From contig CP120456.1 of the NCBI GenBank assembly GCA_034226945.1, forward strand, positions 434,001-498,000: 64,000 bases of DNA, in the 5' to 3' direction. Position numbers and translations under genes: made by a program. Shown one piece after another: positions 43,976-54,758 of the stretch. Within the stretch, counting starts at the first letter, position 1; every line of letters starts with the position of its first letter. Origin of the DNA: Picochlorum sp. SENEW3 (lineage: Eukaryota). The notes under the pieces are model-generated. The model ran no database searches. It worked only from the letters and a program-made list of their open reading frames with translations, and was not told where the DNA came from.

Positions 43976-45037
43976 ATGACACGGCGACGGTTGGTATATG
44001 TTGCTGTGGGTGTCGCTGGATCTTCTATAGGGTTGTATTCGTACTTTAAAAGGGATCCTTTGGCGGAGAGGAGTCAATCGGGCAGCATCAGTCCGATTCA
44101 GAACGAATCGGTTCACGTTGCTCCCGATGCCAGGGATGACCAGGTGGAGCAACCAGCAACGAGGCTGAAAAAGCCTGTCAGGCAGCGTACGTGCAGCATC
44201 GTGTGGGTTGCATTCGATAGTTTTATAGCTATATTCTTTGGTGCAGGTCTGAAAGAGTTTATTCAGAGAAGGAGGCATCAGCATCTGTTTCCATTTGGTA
44301 GGCATGGAAGAGCCAAAGGGTCACCAAAGCCTGGGGAGAGCCAGGTTCCTCTGCCCCCGACGGCAGACATTATGAAATCTCATAAAGATGTGGTGGATCA
44401 AATTCGAACATCGGCAGAGAGTATGGTGGATGGACCGTTGTTGCCACGGTTTGATGATGTCGAAATTGCTCGGTATGCACTGCATTATGGCATGTTGAGG
44501 ACAACCAATAAAGAAGGGATGACGCTTGTTATCCAAGATGCCGCGCATGGTATCGCTGATTCTCAATCGTGGTTTTTGAATCATACATTTGAGAGCATAG
44601 AAAATGTCATGAAGTATTCCGATTTGATATGGTGGGATATTGTGGATGGCAATCCAACCCTTCATGTAGAGATTGGCAAGGCCGTGCAAGTCTGCACGGG
44701 GGATCGCGCGGTAGAATTTGCGAATGTGGTGATCACGATGATGGAATTGGCTGCCCTCAATTCCGCTCTAACGGCGCTCGATGGACCCATCGATCGCATT
44801 AATGTGGAAATGTATGCCAAGGGGACCAATGTGTTGAATGCCTCGAGTGCATTCTGGATTCTTAGATCAGTTGTGAAGACGGTTAGCCACCATTATCCTG
44901 GTCGTCTACATCAGCTTGTGTTGTATGATTTACCTGGTATATTGAACTGGATTATCTTGGGGGTGAAGAAGTTGGTTCATGAGGATACTGCTAGAAAAGT
45001 CTTGTCGAGGGAAAGTCATCATTCAAAAACAAAGTAA
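43976..45037 (+). CDS. CRAL-TRIO (Sec14-like) domain protein
   Basis: VKTVSHHYPGRLHQLVLYDLPGILNWIILGVKKLVHEDTARKV. Confidence 0.8.
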   Translation: MTRRRLVYVAVGVAGSSIGLYSYFKRDPLAERSQSGSISPIQNESVHVAPDARDDQVEQPATRLKKPVRQRTCSIVWVAFDSFIAIFFGAGLKEFIQRRRHQHLFPFGRHGRAKGSPKPGESQVPLPPTADIMKSHKDVVDQIRTSAESMVDGPLLPRFDDVEIARYALHYGMLRTTNKEGMTLVIQDAAHGIADSQSWFLNHTFESIENVMKYSDLIWWDIVDGNPTLHVEIGKAVQVCTGDRAVEFANVVITMMELAALNSALTALDGPIDRINVEMYAKGTNVLNASSAFWILRSVVKTVSHHYPGRLHQLVLYDLPGILNWIILGVKKLVHEDTARKVLSRESHHSKTK

Positions 45038-45050
45038 CATTCTATATTTA

Positions 45051-46514
45051 TTATTTTGAATTCATGTCAATCGTCTGCAATGCTTCCGATAAAAACTTCA
45101 CAGCAGTCGCTGCATCTCCAAAATTAATGGCGCTCAGAGCTGATTTTGTCAATTTTTCTGCTTTCCACATGGATTCAACATCTGTTTTATATTGAGGTCC
45201 AGCAGGCCTGCTGGGTGCTGGGGCAACAGTGTGTCTGGCCGGTGTCTCGGACGCTTTCGATATGACTACTACTGGATCAATCACGCTTGATTGGTTCGGA
45301 ATAATCTCTGTCTGATCAATGTCGTCGTCAGACGATGACGGATCATAGTTGTCGCGAGTATCCACTTGGTTGTGCAGACCTGCTTTGAATATTTCTTGAA
45401 TAGCGCGTCCTTCTGCTTCTTCTGCTTCTTCTGCTTCTTCTTCTAGTTCCTTTATACTTTGTTGTTCATCTTCATATGATGACGACGAGGGAGATTGCAA
45501 TGATGCAGTATCGCTTTGCACAGAACTCTTCTTTTCCTGTGGAACTCCAGGCTTGTACATTTCCTCATCCTGCACTTCTTTCAGTCCACCGCTATCTTTG
45601 ACAACAAGGTACCGAGGGGGCCAATGAGAATCATACACATTCTCAATGGTCGCAGCCGATCCTGACTCCAAAACCGTCTTATCCCCAACATCTATGCATG
45701 GAGCCAAAAATTCATTCCTCGTCTTGATGCACAGGCCATTCTCACAACTAATCATGTACTCTTGAATATTCTCCTTCTTGTTCCATACAATGTCTTTGAT
45801 AGTAGCATACATCTTATTATGAGCCCGTGCATCCTTGGAATACAACACCGTGTCTCCAACAGCATAATCCCTCAGTGCTGCACCCTGCGTTATCACATCA
45901 TCATCATCTTCTTCCTCATCAACATCCTGTTCAGCACTGGCCAAAAATTCGTTCAATTCCTTTTCAACATCCTCATCATCATCACCATCCCTCAAGGGAG
46001 GAGGACATGGCTCACGCTTTTCTTTCTCTGCCTTCCATAGCTCTGTCGCCCTCCACATGGCATACCGAACCTTGTCGTGCAAATCCTCTGGCAGACTGTC
46101 ACTTTCCATTGGATCCTTCTCCGCAAGCCACTGCACCAGATCCAAAAACTCCCATGCATTATAGTATAACTGTCTCGTTATCGAATCGCGACGTCCAGAC
46201 CGATCCAGCCCATCCGCTTTCCAAAACGTGTCCAATCCAAACTGCAACACCTCCCTTCTCCCAACAGGAGCCTTGTCCTTGTACGGAGACACCGTCCTTT
46301 CCGTCATTTCCATCAATACGTTGGCCGCTTGGACAATACCTGGATCCTTGGGAGATTTATCCAACTCCAAAACTCTTCGAACAGCATATTCAGCGCATAC
46401 GCCAGCTCCACAAGGAATTTTCGTTTCTAAATTCTTACAGTGGGTCAACCACGTTCGCAAGATTGCTGCTTGCTTTTGTTTAGCACTAACGCCATTCGAC
46501 CCTGATCCAGACAT
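45051..46514 (-). CDS. VTA1: VTA1/LIP5-like VPS4 cofactor with an inserted central domain
   Basis: N-terminal MIT-like region (FWKADGLDRSG, KVRYAMWRATEL); C-terminal VSL motif AEKLTKSALSAINFGDAATAVKFLSEAL. Confidence 0.8.
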   Translation of the reverse strand: MSGSGSNGVSAKQKQAAILRTWLTHCKNLETKIPCGAGVCAEYAVRRVLELDKSPKDPGIVQAANVLMEMTERTVSPYKDKAPVGRREVLQFGLDTFWKADGLDRSGRRDSITRQLYYNAWEFLDLVQWLAEKDPMESDSLPEDLHDKVRYAMWRATELWKAEKEKREPCPPPLRDGDDDEDVEKELNEFLASAEQDVDEEEDDDDVITQGAALRDYAVGDTVLYSKDARAHNKMYATIKDIVWNKKENIQEYMISCENGLCIKTRNEFLAPCIDVGDKTVLESGSAATIENVYDSHWPPRYLVVKDSGGLKEVQDEEMYKPGVPQEKKSSVQSDTASLQSPSSSSYEDEQQSIKELEEEAEEAEEAEGRAIQEIFKAGLHNQVDTRDNYDPSSSDDDIDQTEIIPNQSSVIDPVVVISKASETPARHTVAPAPSRPAGPQYKTDVESMWKAEKLTKSALSAINFGDAATAVKFLSEALQTIDMNSK

Positions 46515-46687
46515 ATTTATATATGGCCTCGGAAGAAATGTTGCTGGTTATATTCGAAAGAAATAACGCGTTTAGAAGAATCTGTCCGCTTTTGTATCCA
46601 GAGGAGAATTTGAATATCTATTTACGGAAGTACGCGATCGCATGGCCTTACATGTATTTGATCCAAGGCATACAACCCCTTGCCAGG

Positions 46688-49600
46688 ATGAAAAAGACTG
46701 TATTCAAAGCATCTAGATGGATGGCGTCACGGGGAAGGCATCCGTGATTGTAGAGGAGAAGGTTCGAGCGAGTTGTTAGACGTTAGAGGTAGTTTTTCAT
46801 TTCTCAGCAGAATGAAGGCGATATATCGTACTTCTAGTAGAATTTTATTGGATGAGAGAATAGGATGGCACGTGGTTGGCCGAGTTGTAGAGGAGAGCTC
46901 TGTTTTCCAGAGGGCACGGCTTGAAAAAACCTCATACTGGACTGGTGGTTTTAGACATGGACGAGGTTTCAGTTCTGAGAGTGATGGGAAGGGCTCTGGA
47001 GTAGGCAAAGTGTGGAGATTGTGAGTATGCATGTGAATGCCCTGATCATTGCGAATGAATTGTTCATGACTACCATGTGTGTGCAGTTTGACTGGAAAGG
47101 ATGGGGAGGCTACCAAGGATGAGGATGGTACAGCTGGTGTGGAGCACATCGACCATAGTGGTGTGGTAGGGTCGCATAATGGGGAGGCAGATCTTGTACC
47201 ATCGTCTCCAGAGCAGCGGTATAGAGAGGTGTTGTCAATTCCTGTGACCAAAAGACCATTGTTCCCTGGGGTGATCATGCCTGTGATGGTGAGGGACAAT
47301 CGGGTCATTAAAGAGTTGGTCGATATTCGTAAACAAGGGTATGTTGGGTATTGTGGTAGACAAGGAAAAAAAATCGAAGGCGGTGTTTCGATGTCTCATG
47401 GTTTGGTCTTCTTGATTGTGCAGGGCGCAAGCTTATGTTGGGGCATTTCTGAGCAAAGAGGCAGAGAATAAGAACAATGGAGATGCAAATCACTCGACTG
47501 AAAATGCTACCCAAGATGATTTCACTATTGGAGGAGAGGCGGCAGGAGATCAACAGCCGCTGGATCCAGACTCTTTGTACGATGTTGGGACATTTGCTCA
47601 GGTTCACACTGTTGTTCCTCATGAAGAGGGAGCGCAGCTGTTGTTGTTAGGGCATAGGAGACTGCGAAAGACAGGTGTTTACGAGCTTGATCCTCTTCGG
47701 TTGTCAGTGGCGCACATGAAAGATGAACCGTATGATCGGAATGATGATATGCTCAAAGCAACAACGATGGAGTTGATTTCGACACTGAAAGAGCTGTTGC
47801 ATATGCACCCTCTCTACAATGAACAGATGAGGAACTTCATTCAGTTTGGGGCAGACTTTCATGATCCATCGAGGCTCGCAGATTTAGCGGCGAGTTTGAC
47901 GAGTGGCGATGCACATGCACTGCAGCTCATCCTTGAGGAGGTGTCTGTTCCAGAAAGGATTGAACAGTCACTCATCTTGTTGAGAAAGGAAGCAAATTTG
48001 GTTAAACTACAGCAGGATATTGGAAAGAGAGTGGAAGAAAAAATATCAAAGGATCAACGGCGGTACTTTTTGATGGAACAATTGAAAAGTATTAAAAAGG
48101 AGCTTGGCATTGAAAAGGATGATAAGACAGCGCTGGTGCAAAAGTTTCGAGAAAGAATTGATCCCCGCAAGGAATCTATCCCTCAAGCAGCGATGAAGGT
48201 CATTGAAGAGGAAATCACGAAACTGGAGGCTCTCGAGCCAGCATCGTCCGAGTTTAGTGTCACAAGGAATTACCTGGATTGGTTGACAATTTTGCCCTGG
48301 GGCAAGTACAGTGATGAGAGATTGGATGTACAGGCAGCAAGGGAAGTCCTAGATGAAGACCATTACGGTCTATCTGATGTGAAAGATCGAATTTTGGAAT
48401 TTATCGCAGTTGGAAAATTGCGTGGGTCGACTCAGGGTAAAATTCTGTGCTTTGTAGGCCCGCCTGGTGTGGGGAAGACATCCATTGGAAAGTCAATCGC
48501 ACGCTCCTTGGACCGAGCGTATTACAGATTTTCGGTCGGAGGACTCAGTGATGTTGCTGAAATTAAAGGTCATCGACGAACGTATGTCGGAGCCATGCCT
48601 GGCAAGATGGTTCAATGTCTTAAAGCCACGTCAACATCCAATCCATTCGTCTTGATTGATGAAATCGACAAACTTGGAAGGGGTTACCAGGGCGACCCTG
48701 CATCGGCACTTCTTGAACTGCTCGATCCTGAACAAAACTCCACATTCTTGGACCATTATCTTGACGTGCCTGTGGATTTATCGAAAGTGCTGTTTGTCTG
48801 CACAGCAAACCAGCTGGATACAATTCCAGGGCCATTGCTGGATAGGATGGAAGTCATCCAAGTATCTGGATACACAGGCGACGAGAAGATCTCAATTGCC
48901 CGGACATACTTGGAGCCTCAAGCTTGTCTGGACGCTGGAATACCCAAAGGTGCGATACGTATGGACGATGAGGCCCTGAAGACACTCGTGGACGACTACG
49001 CAAGGGAAGCTGGAGTCCGAAGCCTCAAGAAACTCATTGAAAAAGTCTACCGCAAAGCAGCCTTCAAACTCGTGGACCAGAATCTCATTCAAGTACCTGA
49101 GAGAAAGAAGCAGGAAGAGAGCGAAAGCAACAAAGACGAAGAGGAAGGCGAGCCACGTGATAAATCTCTCATCCCAGAATCCAACAATCCGACAAAGAGC
49201 TTGGAGGGCCAAGAGGTTGTGTACGAATCCCCTCTCCTTACTGTCACAAAGACGGATCTCAACGACTATGTAGGCCATCCACCATATCCATCAGACAAAA
49301 TTTATCAGAATGAGACCCCCTTGGGTGTTGTCACTGGTCTGGCATGGACTGCCTCTGGCGGAGCAACCCTCTACATTGAAGCTGCCAGCGTAGAAAAGGG
49401 AGAAGGCAAGGGCAGTTTACGGGCCACTGGGCAATTAGGTGACGTCATGAAAGAATCAACAACGATTGCACATACCTATGCACGAAGACTCTTGGAAGAG
49501 AAGGATGAATCAAATTCGTTCTTTTCAGATCACGCTCTCCATGTGCATGTCCCTGCTGGTGCCACACCAAAAGATGGACCATCTGCTGGATGTGCCTTGG

Positions 49601-49875
49601 TCACTGCACTTCTCAGCCTTGCAATGAACAGACCAGTGAGGCCTGATCTAGCTATGACTGGTGAGATAACGCTGACAGGAAAGGTTTTACCAATAGGAGG
49701 TGTCAAGGAGAAAGCCCTCGCAGCAAAGAGATCCGAGATTAAGCACATTGTCTTCCCTGAAGGCAATAAGAGGGACTGGGAAGAACTGACAGATGATGTC
49801 AAACAAGGCCTAGAGCCTCACTTCGTAACCGATTACGAAGAATTATTTAATATCGCATTTTTGACGTCGGATTGA
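46688..49875 (+). CDS. LON1: Mitochondrial Lon protease, about 3 exons
   Basis: RPLFPG N-domain, [38 protein letters not shown] catalytic Ser, PIGGVKEK catalytic Lys; mitochondrial presequence-like exon 1. Confidence 0.96.
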
Positions 49876-49895
49876 TTCATGTAACACGACTACAC

Positions 49896-50753
49896 ATGTT
49901 TCGAATGCAAAACCACCTCGGAGGTCCGCGGGGAATTCTGTCGCCTTCCCCCAATATGATTGGATCAAAATCACGTATAAAATTATCTAGGCGAATTCGA
50001 TCATACGATGGGGACTTGCCTGAATGGTTCATGTACGTTATTGGCATGTCACATGCCGCATGAATGCACTTCTTTTTGTATTGGTGGCTTTTTATGATCC
50101 TCTACCCCATTTTATGCAGAAATTTGAAAGAATTGGCAAAAGATGACGATGAATTAGCGGAGTTGCTCATGGAGAGTCAGGGCGACCCTTCCAAACTGGA
50201 AGCCAAGCTCAAGGCTGAAATGGATAGTTTGCACAATCGTCTGGTCGGAGAGAGCGGAGGTAGCGGGGAAGAGATGCCTCCTCAGATACACATCAGAGAT
50301 ATTGATCCTTTTGATACGTGGATTTGGATGGAGTTGTACACCCCTCCAACAGGAGGTGCTGGGGAAATGCTCCAGGAAGTTGTAAACTCTTGGTTTATGC
50401 TCGGACGACTGGGTGCATTCGATTCGTCCAACCTCCAAATACTGTATTCAGAGGGAATAACATCAGAGCTACAGTATGATGAAGATCAGCAAGAGAACGC
50501 CTTTTCCCTGCAATCGACAATGCATGAGATGGGAGAATTGGAGTTTCGTGGTCCATGGGCAAGGTTTTGGGTGGATATGGGCACCTCGGACGAGCTTGCA
50601 TTCGACATCCTATTAAATGCATTGAAAACATTTAGCAAAGAGCATGTAGGACTGCGACAAATAGTGATTGGTGGGGAGAATGATGATTGGCCAATTCCAG
50701 AAAAAAGCAGTGGATATGATGTGTCCATGGATCCCACGGGAGAGATACTGTAA
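49896..50753 (+). CDS. DUF3531 family protein (cyanobacteria/plastid type), 2 exons
   Basis: PFDTWIWMEL, VVNSWFMLGRLGAFDSSNLQ, MHEMGELEFRGPWARFWVDMGTSDELAFDILLNAL; intron about 50033-50119. Confidence 0.85.
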
Positions 50754-50755
50754 AT

Positions 50756-51652
50756 TTACAAGAGTGTATTCACTTCATTCAATAATTCTTTCGCCTCCGA
50801 TATGGCAGCATCGATGTCGGGATTCCCTGCTGATCGCGATGATACAGCCCTCTGTTCAATCCTTTGTGACAAGCTTTGCCCAGCCTCCCTCACATTCAGC
50901 TTGAGCATACCAGTCTTGGACTCATCCGTATTCGACTTTAACGCCTCAATACTCGTTCTCAACGATGACACAGACATCTCGATATCCACCAACTCTGCAG
51001 CCGCTTGTCCTTGCGCTGTGCGAGCTGCTGTGACTGGAGTCATTTCAAACTCCTCTTCCTCCTCCTCCTCCTCCTCCATCACCACCCCATTCCCATTCGA
51101 ATACACGTCTTCATCCACACTGGTTGTAATCGTCCATGTAGCCAATGGTTTATTTCTATTTGAAGTCACAGCATCATCGCTACTTCCACGTGCCACCTGC
51201 CTTGGGGTTAATAACAACTCCCTCAGGGGCTCTGGCAACGAACCCTGTACTTCCTGTGGAATACTGTTCGTCAGGGTCTCAATCACACCATTCTCAACCC
51301 CAACACCCTTCTCCACAAATTCAAGGATCCTATCTTCTACTTCCATGAGTATCTCCTTCTGCTTCCCTTCCATCGGCATGGCCTCGTCCGATAAAATTTT
51401 GTTCACCCGTTCCACATCCTGAGGTATCTTCTGAAGAGCCTCGCCTGTCGATAATAGAACTCCAACTGCCACACGAGGACCAAATGATAGAAAATCTAAA
51501 GGGCTGGATGTCACAATCGGTCCCAGGCGGTCCCCTGGTTCGGTATCACGTGACATGGATCGGATAACAAAGTGACCTGTCCTGTGCTGTGCTGCGCCAC
51601 CCAATCCCTTCCCGACAGCATTTTGAAATCGGTGTTGGTACGTCTTCATCAT
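50756..51652 (-). CDS. Uncharacterised protein, possibly plastid-targeted
   Basis: 298-aa ORF with an acidic tract and helical C-terminus. Confidence 0.65.
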   Translation of the reverse strand: MMKTYQHRFQNAVGKGLGGAAQHRTGHFVIRSMSRDTEPGDRLGPIVTSSPLDFLSFGPRVAVGVLLSTGEALQKIPQDVERVNKILSDEAMPMEGKQKEILMEVEDRILEFVEKGVGVENGVIETLTNSIPQEVQGSLPEPLRELLLTPRQVARGSSDDAVTSNRNKPLATWTITTSVDEDVYSNGNGVVMEEEEEEEEEFEMTPVTAARTAQGQAAAELVDIEMSVSSLRTSIEALKSNTDESKTGMLKLNVREAGQSLSQRIEQRAVSSRSAGNPDIDAAISEAKELLNEVNTLL

Positions 51653-51825
51653 TGTGTTATATAATGGGACTGGTATGGATCGCCTGGATCTAATCTACGC
51701 AGAATGCCCGCGTGCTCTTTCGTCCTTTTTACGGAGAAAGAATGGTGTTTCATTGGTACTTTAAAACTCTCTCCAGTATCGACGACTCTCACAGTTGAGA
51801 TTTCATGAAATATATTCAGGGAGTA

Positions 51826-52058
51826 TGAATTCAGCAGCCAAGGCCAGTGGTGGCTATCGAACAACAGCATACCGTGTCAAAGTTCTTGTGGGTGTTGTCT
51901 GTGGAATGGTTATTTCTGGTTTGCCTTTGATGAATAAGACTGTGTATGAGCGGGAGCAGAATGTGCATCGAATGAGGGATGATCAGTATGATCAGAAGGA
52001 TGCGGCGCGGAATGCACGACTAAGTAGGGGGAGAGGATCCACATCCAAAGGGATGTAA
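51826..52058 (+). CDS. Small single-TM protein
   Basis: MNSAAKASGG...VKVLVGVVCGMVISGLPLM, then a charged helix; TGTAA at the stop. Confidence 0.55.
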
Positions 52059-52188
52059 TAATAATTCCAGTTACCTATCAGCAGAGTAGCACTCTGTTGC
52101 ATGCATGACTATGTATTTATTGTAAGCCCAACCACCATTCGGCATGTAGTATGTTAATATCAAAGGCAATACATATTCTTCTCAAGGA

Positions 52189-53457
52189 CTATACATTCAT
52201 CAGAATGCTGTCAATGCATCGAAAATTCTTTCCATTGTCATTCCACCTGTTTTCAAAGTGCCCATCACTGCACGTCCTTCCAACCTCTTCAATCACGTGC
52301 TTAAAGCATTCAAGCTGCCTTTGATATGTTCCTTGGCCATAGAATGAATCTATCTGTGCAATAGTTTCATTCAACTGATGCGAGGCATAGGAATGGAATG
52401 CAAGATCTGACTCTATTTTTGGTGACAGTATCTGTGACACCTGTCTCTGCTTCTGCAGAGGCATTTCAGAAAACGTCTCATATTTATCATTCAAAATCTT
52501 GGATGGCAGATATGCAATATCACGCCATGATAGTCCAAATGCCAACCTGAAAGCGACCAAACTTTCATCCATCCTCTCTGTCACAAAAATGAAATCATAC
52601 AAGTCTGCATCAAAGTCTCCTCCAAAAGCATACTGGGTCTGATAATTGCTTTTTAATGACCTCAGAAATAGCATCAACCCGTCGTCATCTTTTCGGCATT
52701 CATCAAGCGATCGCTCCTTGGAACATCGAAAGTAAAAATGTGAGATGGACCTGTCAATAGGATCTCTCACAGCAGTGAATCGAAGCACTGGGCCTGGCAA
52801 ACTAATATTACGATAGGGCATGTGGTTTGCAATGCCAATATATTCAGATCCCAATTCAGAGAGCATGTGGATCGATTCAGTCACTCTTTCATCCGTCAGC
52901 CTAGTGAACCCTTGTGTGGGATTAACAATTTGAATTCCATGATGCGCTGCAATCGCTCTGAATATGCCTGCAAGAGTGCTCCCTCCAACTTTAATAACTT
53001 TCACAAACCAGAATGATGCTGGAAAGACTGGTAAATGACTGGATTCCATAGCATGTGATCGCAGACGTCCGCTTCTTCTCAAGGTCATATTCCACCCCAG
53101 AGAGCATTGTTGATTGTGTTCATATGAAGAAATCGATTTCAGGGAAATCTCTGTGTCTTTGGAAACATCCGTTCCCATGGGACATGTATACATATATATG
53201 ATTAGTAGCATGGTTAGCAATACAAGGAAAAAAATTGCCATGGCTGCGTTGCAGTTGCAGGGTCCACGCTTGACTGGTCCGAATTCAAATGCGATGAATT
53301 TTTCATGAATTTTGGTCATATTAATTTTTGAATATTCGTACACTATATCAATAATAAAATGGAAATTCACCCCTGTATCGTATAGTGTATGCAAACTTTT
53401 TGGGGCGGTGTTACCCTGTGATTGACCGATGGTCAACGCCGCTTCGCAGGCAATCAT
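52189..53457 (-). CDS. Galactose-3-O-sulfotransferase-like type II membrane protein
   Basis: TM; FVKVIKVGGSTL, TAVRDPIDRSISHFYF, YDFIFVTERMDESLV; start uncertain. Confidence 0.85.
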   Translation of the reverse strand: MIACEAALTIGQSQGNTAPKSLHTLYDTGVNFHFIIDIVYEYSKINMTKIHEKFIAFEFGPVKRGPCNCNAAMAIFFLVLLTMLLIIYMYTCPMGTDVSKDTEISLKSISSYEHNQQCSLGWNMTLRRSGRLRSHAMESSHLPVFPASFWFVKVIKVGGSTLAGIFRAIAAHHGIQIVNPTQGFTRLTDERVTESIHMLSELGSEYIGIANHMPYRNISLPGPVLRFTAVRDPIDRSISHFYFRCSKERSLDECRKDDDGLMLFLRSLKSNYQTQYAFGGDFDADLYDFIFVTERMDESLVAFRLAFGLSWRDIAYLPSKILNDKYETFSEMPLQKQRQVSQILSPKIESDLAFHSYASHQLNETIAQIDSFYGQGTYQRQLECFKHVIEEVGRTCSDGHFENRWNDNGKNFRCIDSILMNV

Positions 53458-53836
53458 TGAATGACCGTCGATTCAAATGTACCTGGGACCAAACCGCCTG
53501 ATTGCTTCTGTGCAGCCACGTCTTTGGTGTGAGTAGACTCAAGTACTGCTGTAGGTTTTGTTGCTGCTTGTAGACAACACAAAGGACGGAGGCAGCTCGG
53601 TGCATATACACTCAACAAGTTTAACCTTACATGAGAATTCTTATTCATTCGAATTGGGGAACGTCACGCGATCTCATGGTACTCACAGTAAACAATATAC
53701 AGGAAGGATTTCTCAAGCCAGCATGGATACATTCCAAACTTTATGTATGGCATGTAATCCTTCTATAGAATGAGTAGATCCACAATTGGGTCTCATATGA
53801 CCACCAATACATTAGTAATAACGATACATTGCCTCA

Positions 53837-54418
53837 CTATAAGAGCTCTTCAGAGATACCTGCTCGTTTTAATAGCTTACGAGCTCGCTCTAGTTTCTTC
53901 TTTTCCTTTTTTCGCTTCTCTCGTGCCACCTTTTTCCTCAACTGAACTCTCTCTGACTCGCTCATCATGGCTATTTCATACGCCTCCTGCTCCTCTTCTT
54001 CATCTTTAAATTGATTCACTACAAATTCATGCTGCTCAAATGAATCCTGCTGGGACGAGGCCTTCACGCCTTCTATTACATGTTGGATAAACCCATGCCC
54101 TCCTCCTTGACTCGTGCCACCACCAGAAGACACTGCAGAAATCTTTGCAACCGTATTCGCTTCATCTGATGTCACTTTAGTGTCTTTCTTCTTCAAAGTA
54201 TCCCCTGTATACCCAGGTGGCTTCTGGTACAGAAACTTGACCGCATTCTTCCCATCCTGTACACCACACTCACCCCGTTCCTTCTGCTCAGCCTTGTACT
54301 CTTCTTGCCGCTGCTCAATCTTCTTCAACCGCTCCTTTTCCTCCTGTTCTGCAGTCCAAACTTTTTTTCTGTTTCGATAAGACCCAGGATGCCATGGTTT
54401 TTTATTCAAAAAATCCAT
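53837..54418 (-). CDS. Cir_N domain protein (CIR1/CWC25-like splicing-associated)
   Basis: FLNKKPWHPGSYRNRKKVWTAEQ, FLYQKPPG. Confidence 0.85.
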   Translation of the reverse strand: MDFLNKKPWHPGSYRNRKKVWTAEQEEKERLKKIEQRQEEYKAEQKERGECGVQDGKNAVKFLYQKPPGYTGDTLKKKDTKVTSDEANTVAKISAVSSGGGTSQGGGHGFIQHVIEGVKASSQQDSFEQHEFVVNQFKDEEEEQEAYEIAMMSESERVQLRKKVAREKRKKEKKKLERARKLLKRAGISEELL

Positions 54419-54758
54419 GGCGAAAAGGTCCTAGAAAGTAAGTGCAGTGCAACAAACACCTGCTGCGAGGACTGCGTCCGTCTCCATTTGATATCCGTAT
54501 CAGGTGGATGAGAATGTATTTTACATCATCAGTATTTGTGTTCTGAAAAGCATATTCTGGGGATACAGCCAAAATGACCCAGACATGACTGTGTTTTATT
54601 TTTATTTAAGGCAACCCATGACCTCCATGCCTTCTGGTACGCATTTGCAGCCATAGTATCAGTATATTGAAAATTACAATTTAATTGAGTAATGCAGGAT
54701 AGTAGCAGCGTGAATCCTCTCAGGATCACCGTCTGAGGAAAAGGAAGGAGTTGGAACC

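Noticed and set aside
40133..46514. Functional cluster of the ESCRT partners CHMP1 and VTA1 (plus GOS1)
   Set aside because: Separated by unrelated genes; plausible by chance in a gene-dense genome without synteny evidence.
13012..54418. Clustering of splicing genes SF3B6, SART1 and CIR1-like
   Set aside because: Spread over 40 kb among unrelated genes.
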